A DNA stretch of 64,000 nt from Nostoc sp. DedSLP01. GTDB taxonomy: Bacteria; Cyanobacteriota; Cyanobacteriia; Cyanobacteriales; Nostocaceae. The stretch covers positions 32,001-96,000 of the forward strand of contig JAVRCJ020000024.1 of the NCBI GenBank assembly GCA_034530875.2. The letters are read 5' to 3'. Each line of letters opens with the position of its first letter. Within the stretch, counting starts at the first letter, position 1. Below the pieces are notes generated by a model. It was not told where the DNA came from, did not search any database, and saw only the letters and a program-made list of their open reading frames with translations. The position numbers were made by a program, and so were the translations under genes. Shown here one piece after another: positions 19,236 through 28,118 of the stretch.

Positions 19236-20156
19236 CTAAGCTGCTAGGGTTGTTCTAACCGGATGAAAAACACGCGCTCGGTAATGGTGCCAACTTTGAG
19301 ATTCTAGTGCTTGATGATTGACTAAAGTATTAGCTACAGCATCAGTACTCATTCCCCACAAGACTTGACAAGCTAATTCTGTGTAAGGTGAGTAATTACC
19401 AACAGATTGGCGGGATTTGGCAGCGTAAGCTGTTCCTTGGGCTAATTGAAATTGGTAAACATCTGCTGCATTTTTTAGGGCTTCTATGGTTGCACGTTCG
19501 GCACCGCCAGCGTAAGCACAGGCGTAACCGACACCACCCCACAAATCTTGTCGCCTATCTTGGGCAAAGGTATCTATGGTGCGTGCAATGTGATTGACAT
19601 CGCCACCACCGATAAACCAAATACTGCGACCTAAACCTTGGTCAAAAACACTGCAAGCATAACCAGGAATTTGTTCCGGGATGGCTTGATTATCGAGGGA
19701 GTCTTGCCAGCGAAACATGCCTTGATAGTAGCCATAACCATCAATTGCTAAACAACTTCTCTCAAAGTTGAGCTTGTTTAAATGCGGTTTAATAGGCAGT
19801 CCAGCACGAGCCAACATCAAACCCAAACCCACATAAACCCAGTTATGATAAGCTGCACCATCACCTGCAACAAGAGTTGCCATCCGATTTTCGCTGCTGG
19901 GTGCGAGTAAGTCGCGTTGCGCTAGAGCCATACCGACGCCTTCGTAAGCAAAACCTTGCAATTCTGCATCGATTTCATTGATTTTAGGAGCGATCGCTTT
20001 TAAATCTTCACTAGCGATCGCTACATGATATCCTTGTAAAACCGTACTCCCAATCTTGCTTAATCGCTGTTGCACTCCGGCATCGCTTTTTTGAATTCCG
20101 CGTTTAGCCCAAGTATCAGCCATTAAGGTGTTAGCTTCATTTGTTTTAATTTCCAC
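19236..20156 (-). CDS. DUF1702 / enediyne UnbL(E3)-like protein (copy 2)
   Basis: GFAYEGVGM, VYVGLG, IDGYGYYQG, FDQGLGRSIWF, DLWGGVGYACAYAGG, LAQGTAYAAKSR. Confidence 0.85.
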   Translation of the reverse strand: MEIKTNEANTLMADTWAKRGIQKSDAGVQQRLSKIGSTVLQGYHVAIASEDLKAIAPKINEIDAELQGFAYEGVGMALAQRDLLAPSSENRMATLVAGDGAAYHNWVYVGLGLMLARAGLPIKPHLNKLNFERSCLAIDGYGYYQGMFRWQDSLDNQAIPEQIPGYACSVFDQGLGRSIWFIGGGDVNHIARTIDTFAQDRRQDLWGGVGYACAYAGGAERATIEALKNAADVYQFQLAQGTAYAAKSRQSVGNYSPYTELACQVLWGMSTDAVANTLVNHQALESQSWHHYRARVFHPVRTTLAA

Positions 20157-20187
20157 GATTCAAATTATCCTTGTAACGCAATAAGTA

Positions 20188-21129
20188 CTAAGCTGCTACA
20201 GTTGTTCTAACTGGATGAGGTATCCGCGACCTGTAATGCTGCCATAGAGGAGATTCTGGAGTTTCGCCATTAGTGGCTAAACTGTCAGCTACAGTATCAG
20301 CACTCACTCCCCACAACACGCGACAAGCCAATTCTGTGTAAACTGACTGATTACCAAGACATTGACGCGACTTGGCAGCATAAGCAGTACCTTGCGCTAA
20401 ATGCAAGCGATAAGCACCTGCTGCATTTCCTAAGGCTTCTATGGTTGCGCGTTCGGCACCACCAGCATAAGCACAGGCATAACCTACACCACCCCATAAG
20501 TCTTGTCGCCTATCGAGTGAAAAAGCATCAATGGTACGTGCAATGCGATTAACATCACCACCATCGACAAACCAAATACTGCGACCTAGACCTTGGTCGA
20601 AAACACTGCGGGTATAACCGGAAATTCCTGGCGAGATGACTTGCTTATCGAGGGAGTCTCGCCAATAAAACATCCCTTGATAGTAGCCGTAGCCATCGAC
20701 TAATAACCAACCCTTAGCGGTATCGAGTCTTTGCAAATGAGGTTCGATAGGTCGCCCAACTCTAGCTAACATCAAACCTAAACCCACATAAACCATGTTT
20801 GCATAAGGCGCACCATCACCTGTAACAAAGGTGGCTATACGATTTTGGCTAATTGGTGTGAGAAAATCGCGCTGTGCTAGTCCCATACCGACGCCTTCGT
20901 AAGCAAAGCCCCGCAACTCTTCATCGATTTCATTTAATTTGGGAGCGATCGCTTCTAATTCATCAGTAACAGCCGTGTGGTATCCTTTCATTAACGAACG
21001 GCCGACCTGTTCCAATCGCTTTTGTACACCAGCATCGCTTTCGCGCACGTCGCGTTCTGCCCAAGTAGCGATTAAATCTGTTGGTAATGTGGCTTTATTT
21101 AAACTTGATTGCCAAGCGTCTTGTATCAT
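20188..21129 (-). CDS. DUF1702 / enediyne UnbL(E3)-like protein (copy 1)
   Basis: Same motif set as copy 2; clearly paralogous at protein and nucleotide level. Confidence 0.85.
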   Translation of the reverse strand: MIQDAWQSSLNKATLPTDLIATWAERDVRESDAGVQKRLEQVGRSLMKGYHTAVTDELEAIAPKLNEIDEELRGFAYEGVGMGLAQRDFLTPISQNRIATFVTGDGAPYANMVYVGLGLMLARVGRPIEPHLQRLDTAKGWLLVDGYGYYQGMFYWRDSLDKQVISPGISGYTRSVFDQGLGRSIWFVDGGDVNRIARTIDAFSLDRRQDLWGGVGYACAYAGGAERATIEALGNAAGAYRLHLAQGTAYAAKSRQCLGNQSVYTELACRVLWGVSADTVADSLATNGETPESPLWQHYRSRIPHPVRTTVAA

Positions 21130-21144
21130 AATATTTTTCCTAAT

Positions 21145-22572
21145 TTAAAAAGCTGAATGCATGGAATTTTCCGGAATCCAAGTTCCGTGGAAACCGAAAG
21201 GAACTCGCTGCGGTAGAAGAATGCGGGCTACAGGTTCCTCTGTAATGTCTTGAGCATTAAGAACTACTAATTCTGAAGTTCTTGTAGCTTCGTCGTAGAC
21301 GAAAGTTAATAACCAACCATCATCCTCTTGAGTAGCGTGGGGACGCGGGACAAATACTGCCTCTCCTCCATAACGACCAGACCCCCACTCGTGGGTTTGG
21401 GAATAACCATTGGCAAAGTCATACTTAATTACTGCATCTAAAAAGAAAATAGGCAGCTGTTCCGGCACCATTCTGGCTGTGTAACCGTATTGATTTCGTC
21501 TGCCGACAAATTGCTGATTTAAAGTAGGAAATTCTGAAGCCAAATCATCAATTCTGCCTTCTCGCACTGCACCTGTGCGCAGATTGAAGCGCCAGCCATA
21601 TAACTGCGGCTTATTAACTTGATTATAGCGTAAATTTGTCTTTGTCGGTATGTTTAGTAGTTGAGCATCATCTGTGCGACAGCCAATGACGACAACTTCC
21701 TCTCCTGTTTCATAAGCATTGAGAGTATGCAAAACATAACAGGTAGAAACTTCAAACCAGCGGATATTGCTGTTATTGCCATGACGGGGAATGATACCAA
21801 AGCGGCTGGGCAGATTTGGTTCAAACATGTAACCTGGTTCTCTGCGTCGTAGCCTTTCTAAACTCAATGTCAGGGGCAAATCCATGAATATTGTATAGTT
21901 TGCAGTGATGGCAAAGTCATGCATCATGACCCCTCTAGGCAAATCTATGGGAATTGTTCTCAGTAACTCTCCTTTAGCTGAAACTACACCATATCTTAAA
22001 TAAGGTGGCTGTAGTAGAGAATAGCCAAAAAACATCATTTCCCCAGTTACAAAATCAACTTTCGGGTGAGCAGTGAAGGGAGAATTCAGTTGTCTTTTAT
22101 AAGCGAATGGCCCGATTGTTGTTAAGTCAGGTACGCTAATTTTGTATGGTTCAGCTCCCTCCCAAAGGGCCAAGAGTTGACCTGCGTGCCACACCAGGTT
22201 AGTGTTAGCAGTGTTCTTGAACGGACTGAAAAGATTATTGGGGGGGTTTTGCAGCTGTGGCGACTCCATCAAACTTGTCCAGATGGCTTTACCTACTTTC
22301 TGTTCTAGTTTAAATCCCCGTGTCTGGACATAGCGGTTGCGGTAAGTGGCTTTGCCATTACTAATCTGCACCCCATGCAACATACCATCTCCATCAATCC
22401 ATTTGTAATCGCCTTTGGGGAGAAATTGAGGATTAGGGCCATTGCGAATAAACATTCCTGATAAATCAGTTGGTAATTCTCCAATTACCAAGAGGTTACC
22501 GGCTGTGATTTCTGTTTGTACGGGAGAAAAATTACCTGTGAGATAAGGGCTGATTTTTTGAGCGACAATCAT
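21145..22572 (-). CDS. Carotenoid cleavage oxygenase (RPE65/CCO) family protein
   Basis: RNGPNP, DGDGMLH, four Fe-ligand His (TAHPK, MMHDF, VLHTLN, GFHG), EDDGWL; likely start MIVAQK at 22572. Confidence 0.92.
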   Translation of the reverse strand: MIVAQKISPYLTGNFSPVQTEITAGNLLVIGELPTDLSGMFIRNGPNPQFLPKGDYKWIDGDGMLHGVQISNGKATYRNRYVQTRGFKLEQKVGKAIWTSLMESPQLQNPPNNLFSPFKNTANTNLVWHAGQLLALWEGAEPYKISVPDLTTIGPFAYKRQLNSPFTAHPKVDFVTGEMMFFGYSLLQPPYLRYGVVSAKGELLRTIPIDLPRGVMMHDFAITANYTIFMDLPLTLSLERLRRREPGYMFEPNLPSRFGIIPRHGNNSNIRWFEVSTCYVLHTLNAYETGEEVVVIGCRTDDAQLLNIPTKTNLRYNQVNKPQLYGWRFNLRTGAVREGRIDDLASEFPTLNQQFVGRRNQYGYTARMVPEQLPIFFLDAVIKYDFANGYSQTHEWGSGRYGGEAVFVPRPHATQEDDGWLLTFVYDEATRTSELVVLNAQDITEEPVARILLPQRVPFGFHGTWIPENSMHSAF

Positions 22573-22610
22573 AGTTAAAACTATTTGATTATGGTGAATA
22601 AGATTATTAG

Positions 22611-23966
22611 TTAATGCTTCTTCTTTTCTGGGTAGGGAGGATATCTCCATTTCAAATCCATCAGAAAAGATTTATTTAATATACCTCTTTGATAAGAGAA
22701 GTTATCAAAGCCAGCTTTACCATGATAACGACCCATACCACTAGCACCAACTCCACCAAAAGGTAAAGCCGGAACGGTTAAATGCATCACGGTATCGTTA
22801 ATGCAAACTCCACCAGAGACTGTTTGCTGCAAAATTCGCTCTTGATTTTTTTGATTGCTGGAAAAGAAGTATAAAGCAAGGGGTTTTGGTTGTCGATTAA
22901 CTAAGGCGATCGCCTCTGATAAATTTGTATACTCTAAAACAGGAAGAATTGGGCCAAAAATCTCTTCTTGCATTATCTTGTCTTGCCAAGAGACTTTATC
23001 AATGACAGTAGGAGCAATATAAAGATCCTCTATATTTGTTTCGCCTCCCACTAAAATTTCCCCACTTCCTAATAATTGGGAAAGGCGACAGAAATGCTTT
23101 TGATTTATGACTCTAGCATAGCTCTTACTTACTGAAGGGTCATCACCGTAAAAATTTCGGATTTGTTTTTTGATATTGGTCAATAAATCTGTTTTAATTT
23201 TACGATTTACTAACAGATAATCGGGTGCAGTACAAGTTTGCCCAGCATTAAAGAATTTGCCCCAAACAATTCTTTTAGCTGTATGTTCGATGTGAATATG
23301 CTCGTCAACAATACAAGGACTTTTGCCACCAAGTTCAAGGGTAACTGGTGTTAAATTTTTAGCGGCTGCTGCCATCACAATTTTACCAACTTCAGTACCG
23401 CCAGTAAAAAAGATATGGTCGAAATTTTTTGATAATAGTTCTTGACTGGTTTCAATACCGCCTTCAATGACTTCAATAAAAGATGGGTCGAAATTTTCAC
23501 GAACTATTTTAGCTATAAGTTGAGAAGTAGCAGGAGCTATTTCTGATGGTTTTAAAATTGTACAATTTCCAGCAGCGATCGCACCTACTAAGGGTGCAAA
23601 CATCAAGTTAAATGGATAATTCCAAGGCCCAATAATTAAAATTATACCAAGAGGTTCAGAACGGATTTGAGCAGAAGAAAGAAACTGATAAAAGGGAGTA
23701 GGAGCTTTCTGCGGTTTTACCCACGATCTAATATTTTTGAGAGCAAATTTAATTTCTTCTAAAACTCCAATAATTTCAAAATACGCTTCAAATCCTGACT
23801 TATGCAAATCAGCTTTTAAAGCTTGAACAATATTATCTTTATTGTTCTCAATTACTTGTTGAAGAATTTTCAGTTGTTGAATCCGAAAATCAATATTCTT
23901 AGTTTTGCCAGTATTAAAAAACTGGCGCTGATGTTCGAGTTCATTATAATCTATTTGAGTGAGCAT
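22611..23966 (-). CDS. Aldehyde dehydrogenase (ALDH3/CALDH-like)
   Basis: PWNYP, LELGGKSP (Glu), NAGQTCTAPDY (Cys), EEIFGP, PFGGVGASGMGRYHG. Confidence 0.95.
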   Translation of the reverse strand: MLTQIDYNELEHQRQFFNTGKTKNIDFRIQQLKILQQVIENNKDNIVQALKADLHKSGFEAYFEIIGVLEEIKFALKNIRSWVKPQKAPTPFYQFLSSAQIRSEPLGIILIIGPWNYPFNLMFAPLVGAIAAGNCTILKPSEIAPATSQLIAKIVRENFDPSFIEVIEGGIETSQELLSKNFDHIFFTGGTEVGKIVMAAAAKNLTPVTLELGGKSPCIVDEHIHIEHTAKRIVWGKFFNAGQTCTAPDYLLVNRKIKTDLLTNIKKQIRNFYGDDPSVSKSYARVINQKHFCRLSQLLGSGEILVGGETNIEDLYIAPTVIDKVSWQDKIMQEEIFGPILPVLEYTNLSEAIALVNRQPKPLALYFFSSNQKNQERILQQTVSGGVCINDTVMHLTVPALPFGGVGASGMGRYHGKAGFDNFSYQRGILNKSFLMDLKWRYPPYPEKKKH

Positions 23967-24005
23967 AGCTTTTTAGGTATTCAGCTAGTAGTTATTAGGT
24001 CATTG

Positions 24006-24060
24006 AAAAAAGAAATGGCAGCGGCTAATTGTGTAACTTTTAAAACTAAACTGCCATTTC
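24006..24060 (-). terminator. Possible intra-operon stem-loop / weak terminator
   Basis: 10-bp inverted repeat GAAATGGCAG / CTGCCATTTC (29-nt loop), followed on the minus strand by a T6 run. Confidence 0.35.
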
Positions 24061-24081
24061 AGTTGTTTTCCTCAGCTAAAA

Positions 24082-25953
24082 TTAAGACCTGATTTCAGCT
24101 TGTAGTGATACTAATTCTGGAACTTTTGCTGTATCTTCGTTCTTTAGGCTTTGTAATTCATTAGTTCCATTTTCTACGCTTTTTCCATTACCCAAGCTAA
24201 TCCAAGGCTGCAATTTTGGTTGATGTTGGTAACTCTTGAAAGCTTCTCTAGCTTTTGCAGTGATACTGTTGTCTGGTACACCTCTAGTTTTCAATTTGAA
24301 AATAAAGTTATCCCAACCAGCTACAGCAGATGCTTTCAGTAAAGCGAAAACGTGCTTGAGGTTTTGTGGCGCTAACAAGCCTTTTATTCCAAATGCCTTC
24401 CACAAAAACTTCAGATACCAAATAGCGACAAAGAAGTGAGTGTATTGCATAGAAACAAAAACATTAGCTCGTTGGGGTTCATACTTAGTGAGGTGGATAT
24501 ATTCATCAAAATCTCGGCTCATTATGTAATTAAAAGGCAATTCATCTGCTCGATGGGTATACATAAACCCAATATTGGCGTTCTTTTCTGCCAACTCTGT
24601 TAACTGTTTGTAGGCAGCATTTAGTATCTCTGTAATGTATACACGACCTGGTTGTTTAATTTTTGCCAGGAAATTCAAATCTAAATGCCATTTCCCTACA
24701 TACAAAGGAATCATCATACCAAACCACCACATGTTTTCTAGGAACATGCGATAACTCATGATGCTAGCGTTACCAAGATGTTTAGGATGATTGCTAACAA
24801 GAAGATTGTTGCGATCGATCATTCCTAAATTAAAGCCGTTATAAACTGCACGTTTCTTCTCTGCATCTGGTTCGCCTGCTAACTTAGCGCGAATTACTTC
24901 TGTAATGGTGTCTATTTCAAAAGACATCATCGTCATTCCCATCGAATAGAAAGGATCGAAGATAGCTGCTGCATCACCAATTACATACCAGTTATCTCTT
25001 GAGAGAATAGTCTTACTCTTGTGCGCTAGCCTTGGCCAGTAATGAAAATCGATTTCCTCTCCACTCTTGAGCAGTCGATAAATAATGTTATGATTCGCTT
25101 CCAGAAAAGCATAAAACTTTTCTTTAGTATTGACACTGTGAGCATCAATATATTCGTGATGGTGGACTAATCCGATTGACAATTCCATGTTTTGGGTGTC
25201 TGTGGGAATCATCCAAATCCAATGTCCGTGTCCCATCCAATGATTAGTAGCGTAGTAGTGGCTACAGGTGGAAACTAAAGGATCGTAACCGCTATGAAAG
25301 ATAGTGCGATCGACATTTTTAACGCGCATCCATGCCGAACCATTATTAACGCCACACACATTTTCAGGGCCAAATAATAGATTATCTGTCTTACGACCGA
25401 TGATAAATTTGCGTCCTGCCGCATCAATAACATGTTTGGCTGTAAGTTCGATATACTCACCATCTAGTTTGACTTTCACCACATTCAAACCATCTCCAGG
25501 CGTTAAGTCAACATCAACAACACGGCCTTGATAAAAGACAGCACCCATCTGTTGATTCATCCTCAGCACATCTCGCTCAAATTTAGGACGGTGAATCAGA
25601 ACAGAAGCCAAGGGCGGTTGGCGAATAGCCCAAAGATGATGGTAGTCATTAATGTTTTCTGTACTTTCTGGATGCTTAGGCCAATGAAAGTTTAAACCGA
25701 ATTTTGGCGGATGATGCTCAACCATGTAGTCATAAAGACCCAACTCTTTACAAATCATTAACGTAGAGATTTCAACCGCTGATTCACCTACTTTCAAATC
25801 TTTTTCTGTCCGTTCTTCAGGACGAGGATCGACCAAAGCAATTTTGATATTGGGAACATTAAGTAACAGGTGACGAGCTTGGCATACCCCTGCTAATCCA
25901 GCACCCATAATTACTACATCATAATTATAGGTTTGGCATTGAGTGCTATTCAT
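24082..25953 (-). CDS. Flavin-dependent halogenase (cyanobacterial AerJ/McnD/ApdC-like), copy 2
   Basis: GAGLAG FAD motif, KVGES, WIWMIP (WxWxIP), GDAAAIFDPFYS.G. Confidence 0.85.
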   Translation of the reverse strand: MNSTQCQTYNYDVVIMGAGLAGVCQARHLLLNVPNIKIALVDPRPEERTEKDLKVGESAVEISTLMICKELGLYDYMVEHHPPKFGLNFHWPKHPESTENINDYHHLWAIRQPPLASVLIHRPKFERDVLRMNQQMGAVFYQGRVVDVDLTPGDGLNVVKVKLDGEYIELTAKHVIDAAGRKFIIGRKTDNLLFGPENVCGVNNGSAWMRVKNVDRTIFHSGYDPLVSTCSHYYATNHWMGHGHWIWMIPTDTQNMELSIGLVHHHEYIDAHSVNTKEKFYAFLEANHNIIYRLLKSGEEIDFHYWPRLAHKSKTILSRDNWYVIGDAAAIFDPFYSMGMTMMSFEIDTITEVIRAKLAGEPDAEKKRAVYNGFNLGMIDRNNLLVSNHPKHLGNASIMSYRMFLENMWWFGMMIPLYVGKWHLDLNFLAKIKQPGRVYITEILNAAYKQLTELAEKNANIGFMYTHRADELPFNYIMSRDFDEYIHLTKYEPQRANVFVSMQYTHFFVAIWYLKFLWKAFGIKGLLAPQNLKHVFALLKASAVAGWDNFIFKLKTRGVPDNSITAKAREAFKSYQHQPKLQPWISLGNGKSVENGTNELQSLKNEDTAKVPELVSLQAEIRS

Positions 25954-26008
25954 GGAATTTTCCTTTTTACTAAGTACAAAAATTGATTAATGTGATTTTT
26001 TTTTGTGT

Positions 26009-26135
26009 CACGCAAAGACGCAAAGGCGCAAAGAAGAGAATGAAAAGAAGGACTTACTAAAGTAGTGAGTACTTCGCTTATCTTGTTGGGCAAACCTCTG
26101 CGTAACTTTGCATTTGACTCTGCGCCCCTGGAGCG
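26009..26135. repeat. CGCA(A/G)AG-type short repeats in inverted arrangement
   Basis: CACGCAAAGACGCAAAGGCGCAAAG with a downstream complementary CCTCTGCG...CTCTGCGCC; related blocks near 19180, 28067 and 35690. Confidence 0.55.
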
Positions 26136-26177
26136 TTTAAAAACAAAAGCTTGTGTACCTCACTTAACTGGAAATTG

Positions 26178-27998
26178 CTATAGTTTGGCGGCAACTAACT
26201 CTTGCTCTGGCAACTTTTGAAATTCAACACTTTTACTCGCAAACCAAGGCTTCAACTCAGGCTGATATCTATAACTCTTAAACTCTTCTTTAGCCCTAGC
26301 AATTTCACTATTAGCCGGGAGATTTTTGGTCTTGCACCGATAAATAAAATCATCCCAGCTAGCTTGAGCAGATGCACCGAGTAAAGCAAAAACATGTTTC
26401 AGATTCTTTGGCGACAACAGACCTTTTAATCCAAAACCTTTCCACAAGAATTTAAGATACCAAAGAGCAACAAAGAAGTAAATGTTTTTCATATATGCAA
26501 AAACATTGCATTTTTGAGGTTCGTATTTCGTGTTTTGCAGATAGCTATCAAATTCTTGGGTCATGTAATAGCCAAAGGGTAACTGTTGCCCTCTATGAAC
26601 GTACATCATGCCAATATTGGCGTCTTTTTCTATCAGTTCATTGAATTGTTCGTAAACATGAGACATCAATGTTCTAATAACTTGACGGCTTTGTTGGCTA
26701 AATTTACGCAGAAACTTCAAATCTAAATGCCATTTGCCAACATACATAGGCACAATCATGCCGAACCACCACATATTTTCAAGGTAGACGCGCCAGCTCA
26801 TGATGCTAGCGTGACCGAGTTGTTTGGCGTGGCCGTGGAGAAGATGATTGCAAGATTCTATATAGCCAAGATTGTAAGCATTATACACAGCCCGCTTCTT
26901 CTCTGCATCCGGCTCGTTTGCTAATTTTGCTCGGATAATTTCTGTGACACTTTCCATTTGGAATGTCATCATTACCATTCCTAAGGAATAGAAAGGATCG
27001 AAGATGGCAGCCGCATCACCAATTACATACCAATTATCTGGAGAAAACAGAGTTTTACTCTTATGTGCTGCCCTTGGTAAGTAATGAAAGTCAACGTCTT
27101 CTCCACTTTTAACTAGTTGGTAAAGAATGTTGTGATTGGCTTCTAGAAAAGCATAAAACTTTTCTTTGGTGTTAACACTTTGGGCTGGAATAACTTCATG
27201 ATGATGGGATACTCCTACTGATAATTCCATAGTTTGAGTATCTGTAGGAATGACCCAAATCCAATGGCCGTGACCCATCATGTGATTGGTGGCATAGTAA
27301 TGGCTGCATGTCGCACCTGTAGGATCGTAACCGCTATGGAAAATAGTGCGATCGACATTTTTAACTCGTACCCATGCAGAACCATTATTAAGACCAGCAA
27401 GTTTCTCAGGGCCAAAGAGTACATTATCTGTTTTATGGCCAATGATAAATTTGCGTCCTGCTGCATCAATAAGATGTTTGGCTTTCAGTTCTACGTAGTC
27501 ATTACCTACTTTGACTTTAACATTATTTGGAGTATCACCAGAGGCTAGATCGACATCAACTACACGACCATTGTAAAAGTCAACTCCCATCTGTTTATTC
27601 ATTTTCAAGACATCACGCTCGAACTTAGCGCGGTTCATCAGAACGGAAGCTAGCGGGGGTTGTTTGATAGACCAAACATGGTAATAATCATCAATGCTTT
27701 GGGTATTTTTTGGGTCTTTCGGCCAATGATAGTTTAGTCCATATTTGGGCGGATGATTCTCAATTAAGTAATCATAAAGACCCAATTCTTTGCCGAAAAA
27801 GAGAGTGGAAATTTCGACAGTTGATTCACCTATTTTTAAATCTTTTTCGGTTCGTTCTTCAGGACGGGGGTCAATTAAGGCAATTTTGATGTTGGGGATA
27901 TTTAGTAGTAAGTGACGAGCTTGAGATACTCCAGCTATCCCAGCACCCATAATGACGACATCGTAAGTTTGAGAGCGAGTTGTTTTGTTGACTGACAT
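26178..27998 (-). CDS. Flavin-dependent halogenase (cyanobacterial AerJ/McnD/ApdC-like), copy 1
   Basis: GAGIAG, KIGES, WIWVIP, GDAAAIFDPFYSLG; paralog of 24082-25953. Confidence 0.85.
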   Translation of the reverse strand: MSVNKTTRSQTYDVVIMGAGIAGVSQARHLLLNIPNIKIALIDPRPEERTEKDLKIGESTVEISTLFFGKELGLYDYLIENHPPKYGLNYHWPKDPKNTQSIDDYYHVWSIKQPPLASVLMNRAKFERDVLKMNKQMGVDFYNGRVVDVDLASGDTPNNVKVKVGNDYVELKAKHLIDAAGRKFIIGHKTDNVLFGPEKLAGLNNGSAWVRVKNVDRTIFHSGYDPTGATCSHYYATNHMMGHGHWIWVIPTDTQTMELSVGVSHHHEVIPAQSVNTKEKFYAFLEANHNILYQLVKSGEDVDFHYLPRAAHKSKTLFSPDNWYVIGDAAAIFDPFYSLGMVMMTFQMESVTEIIRAKLANEPDAEKKRAVYNAYNLGYIESCNHLLHGHAKQLGHASIMSWRVYLENMWWFGMIVPMYVGKWHLDLKFLRKFSQQSRQVIRTLMSHVYEQFNELIEKDANIGMMYVHRGQQLPFGYYMTQEFDSYLQNTKYEPQKCNVFAYMKNIYFFVALWYLKFLWKGFGLKGLLSPKNLKHVFALLGASAQASWDDFIYRCKTKNLPANSEIARAKEEFKSYRYQPELKPWFASKSVEFQKLPEQELVAAKL

Positions 27999-28118
27999 TT
28001 TCTGTTTTGTTCGTTAAAAGTTTTGAGAGGTGGGCAGATTTTTGATGAAACCTCATTTTGTGGTATCACGCAGAGGCGCTCCAGACGCAGAGGAGAGAAC
28101 GCAAAGTAAGGACTTGAG

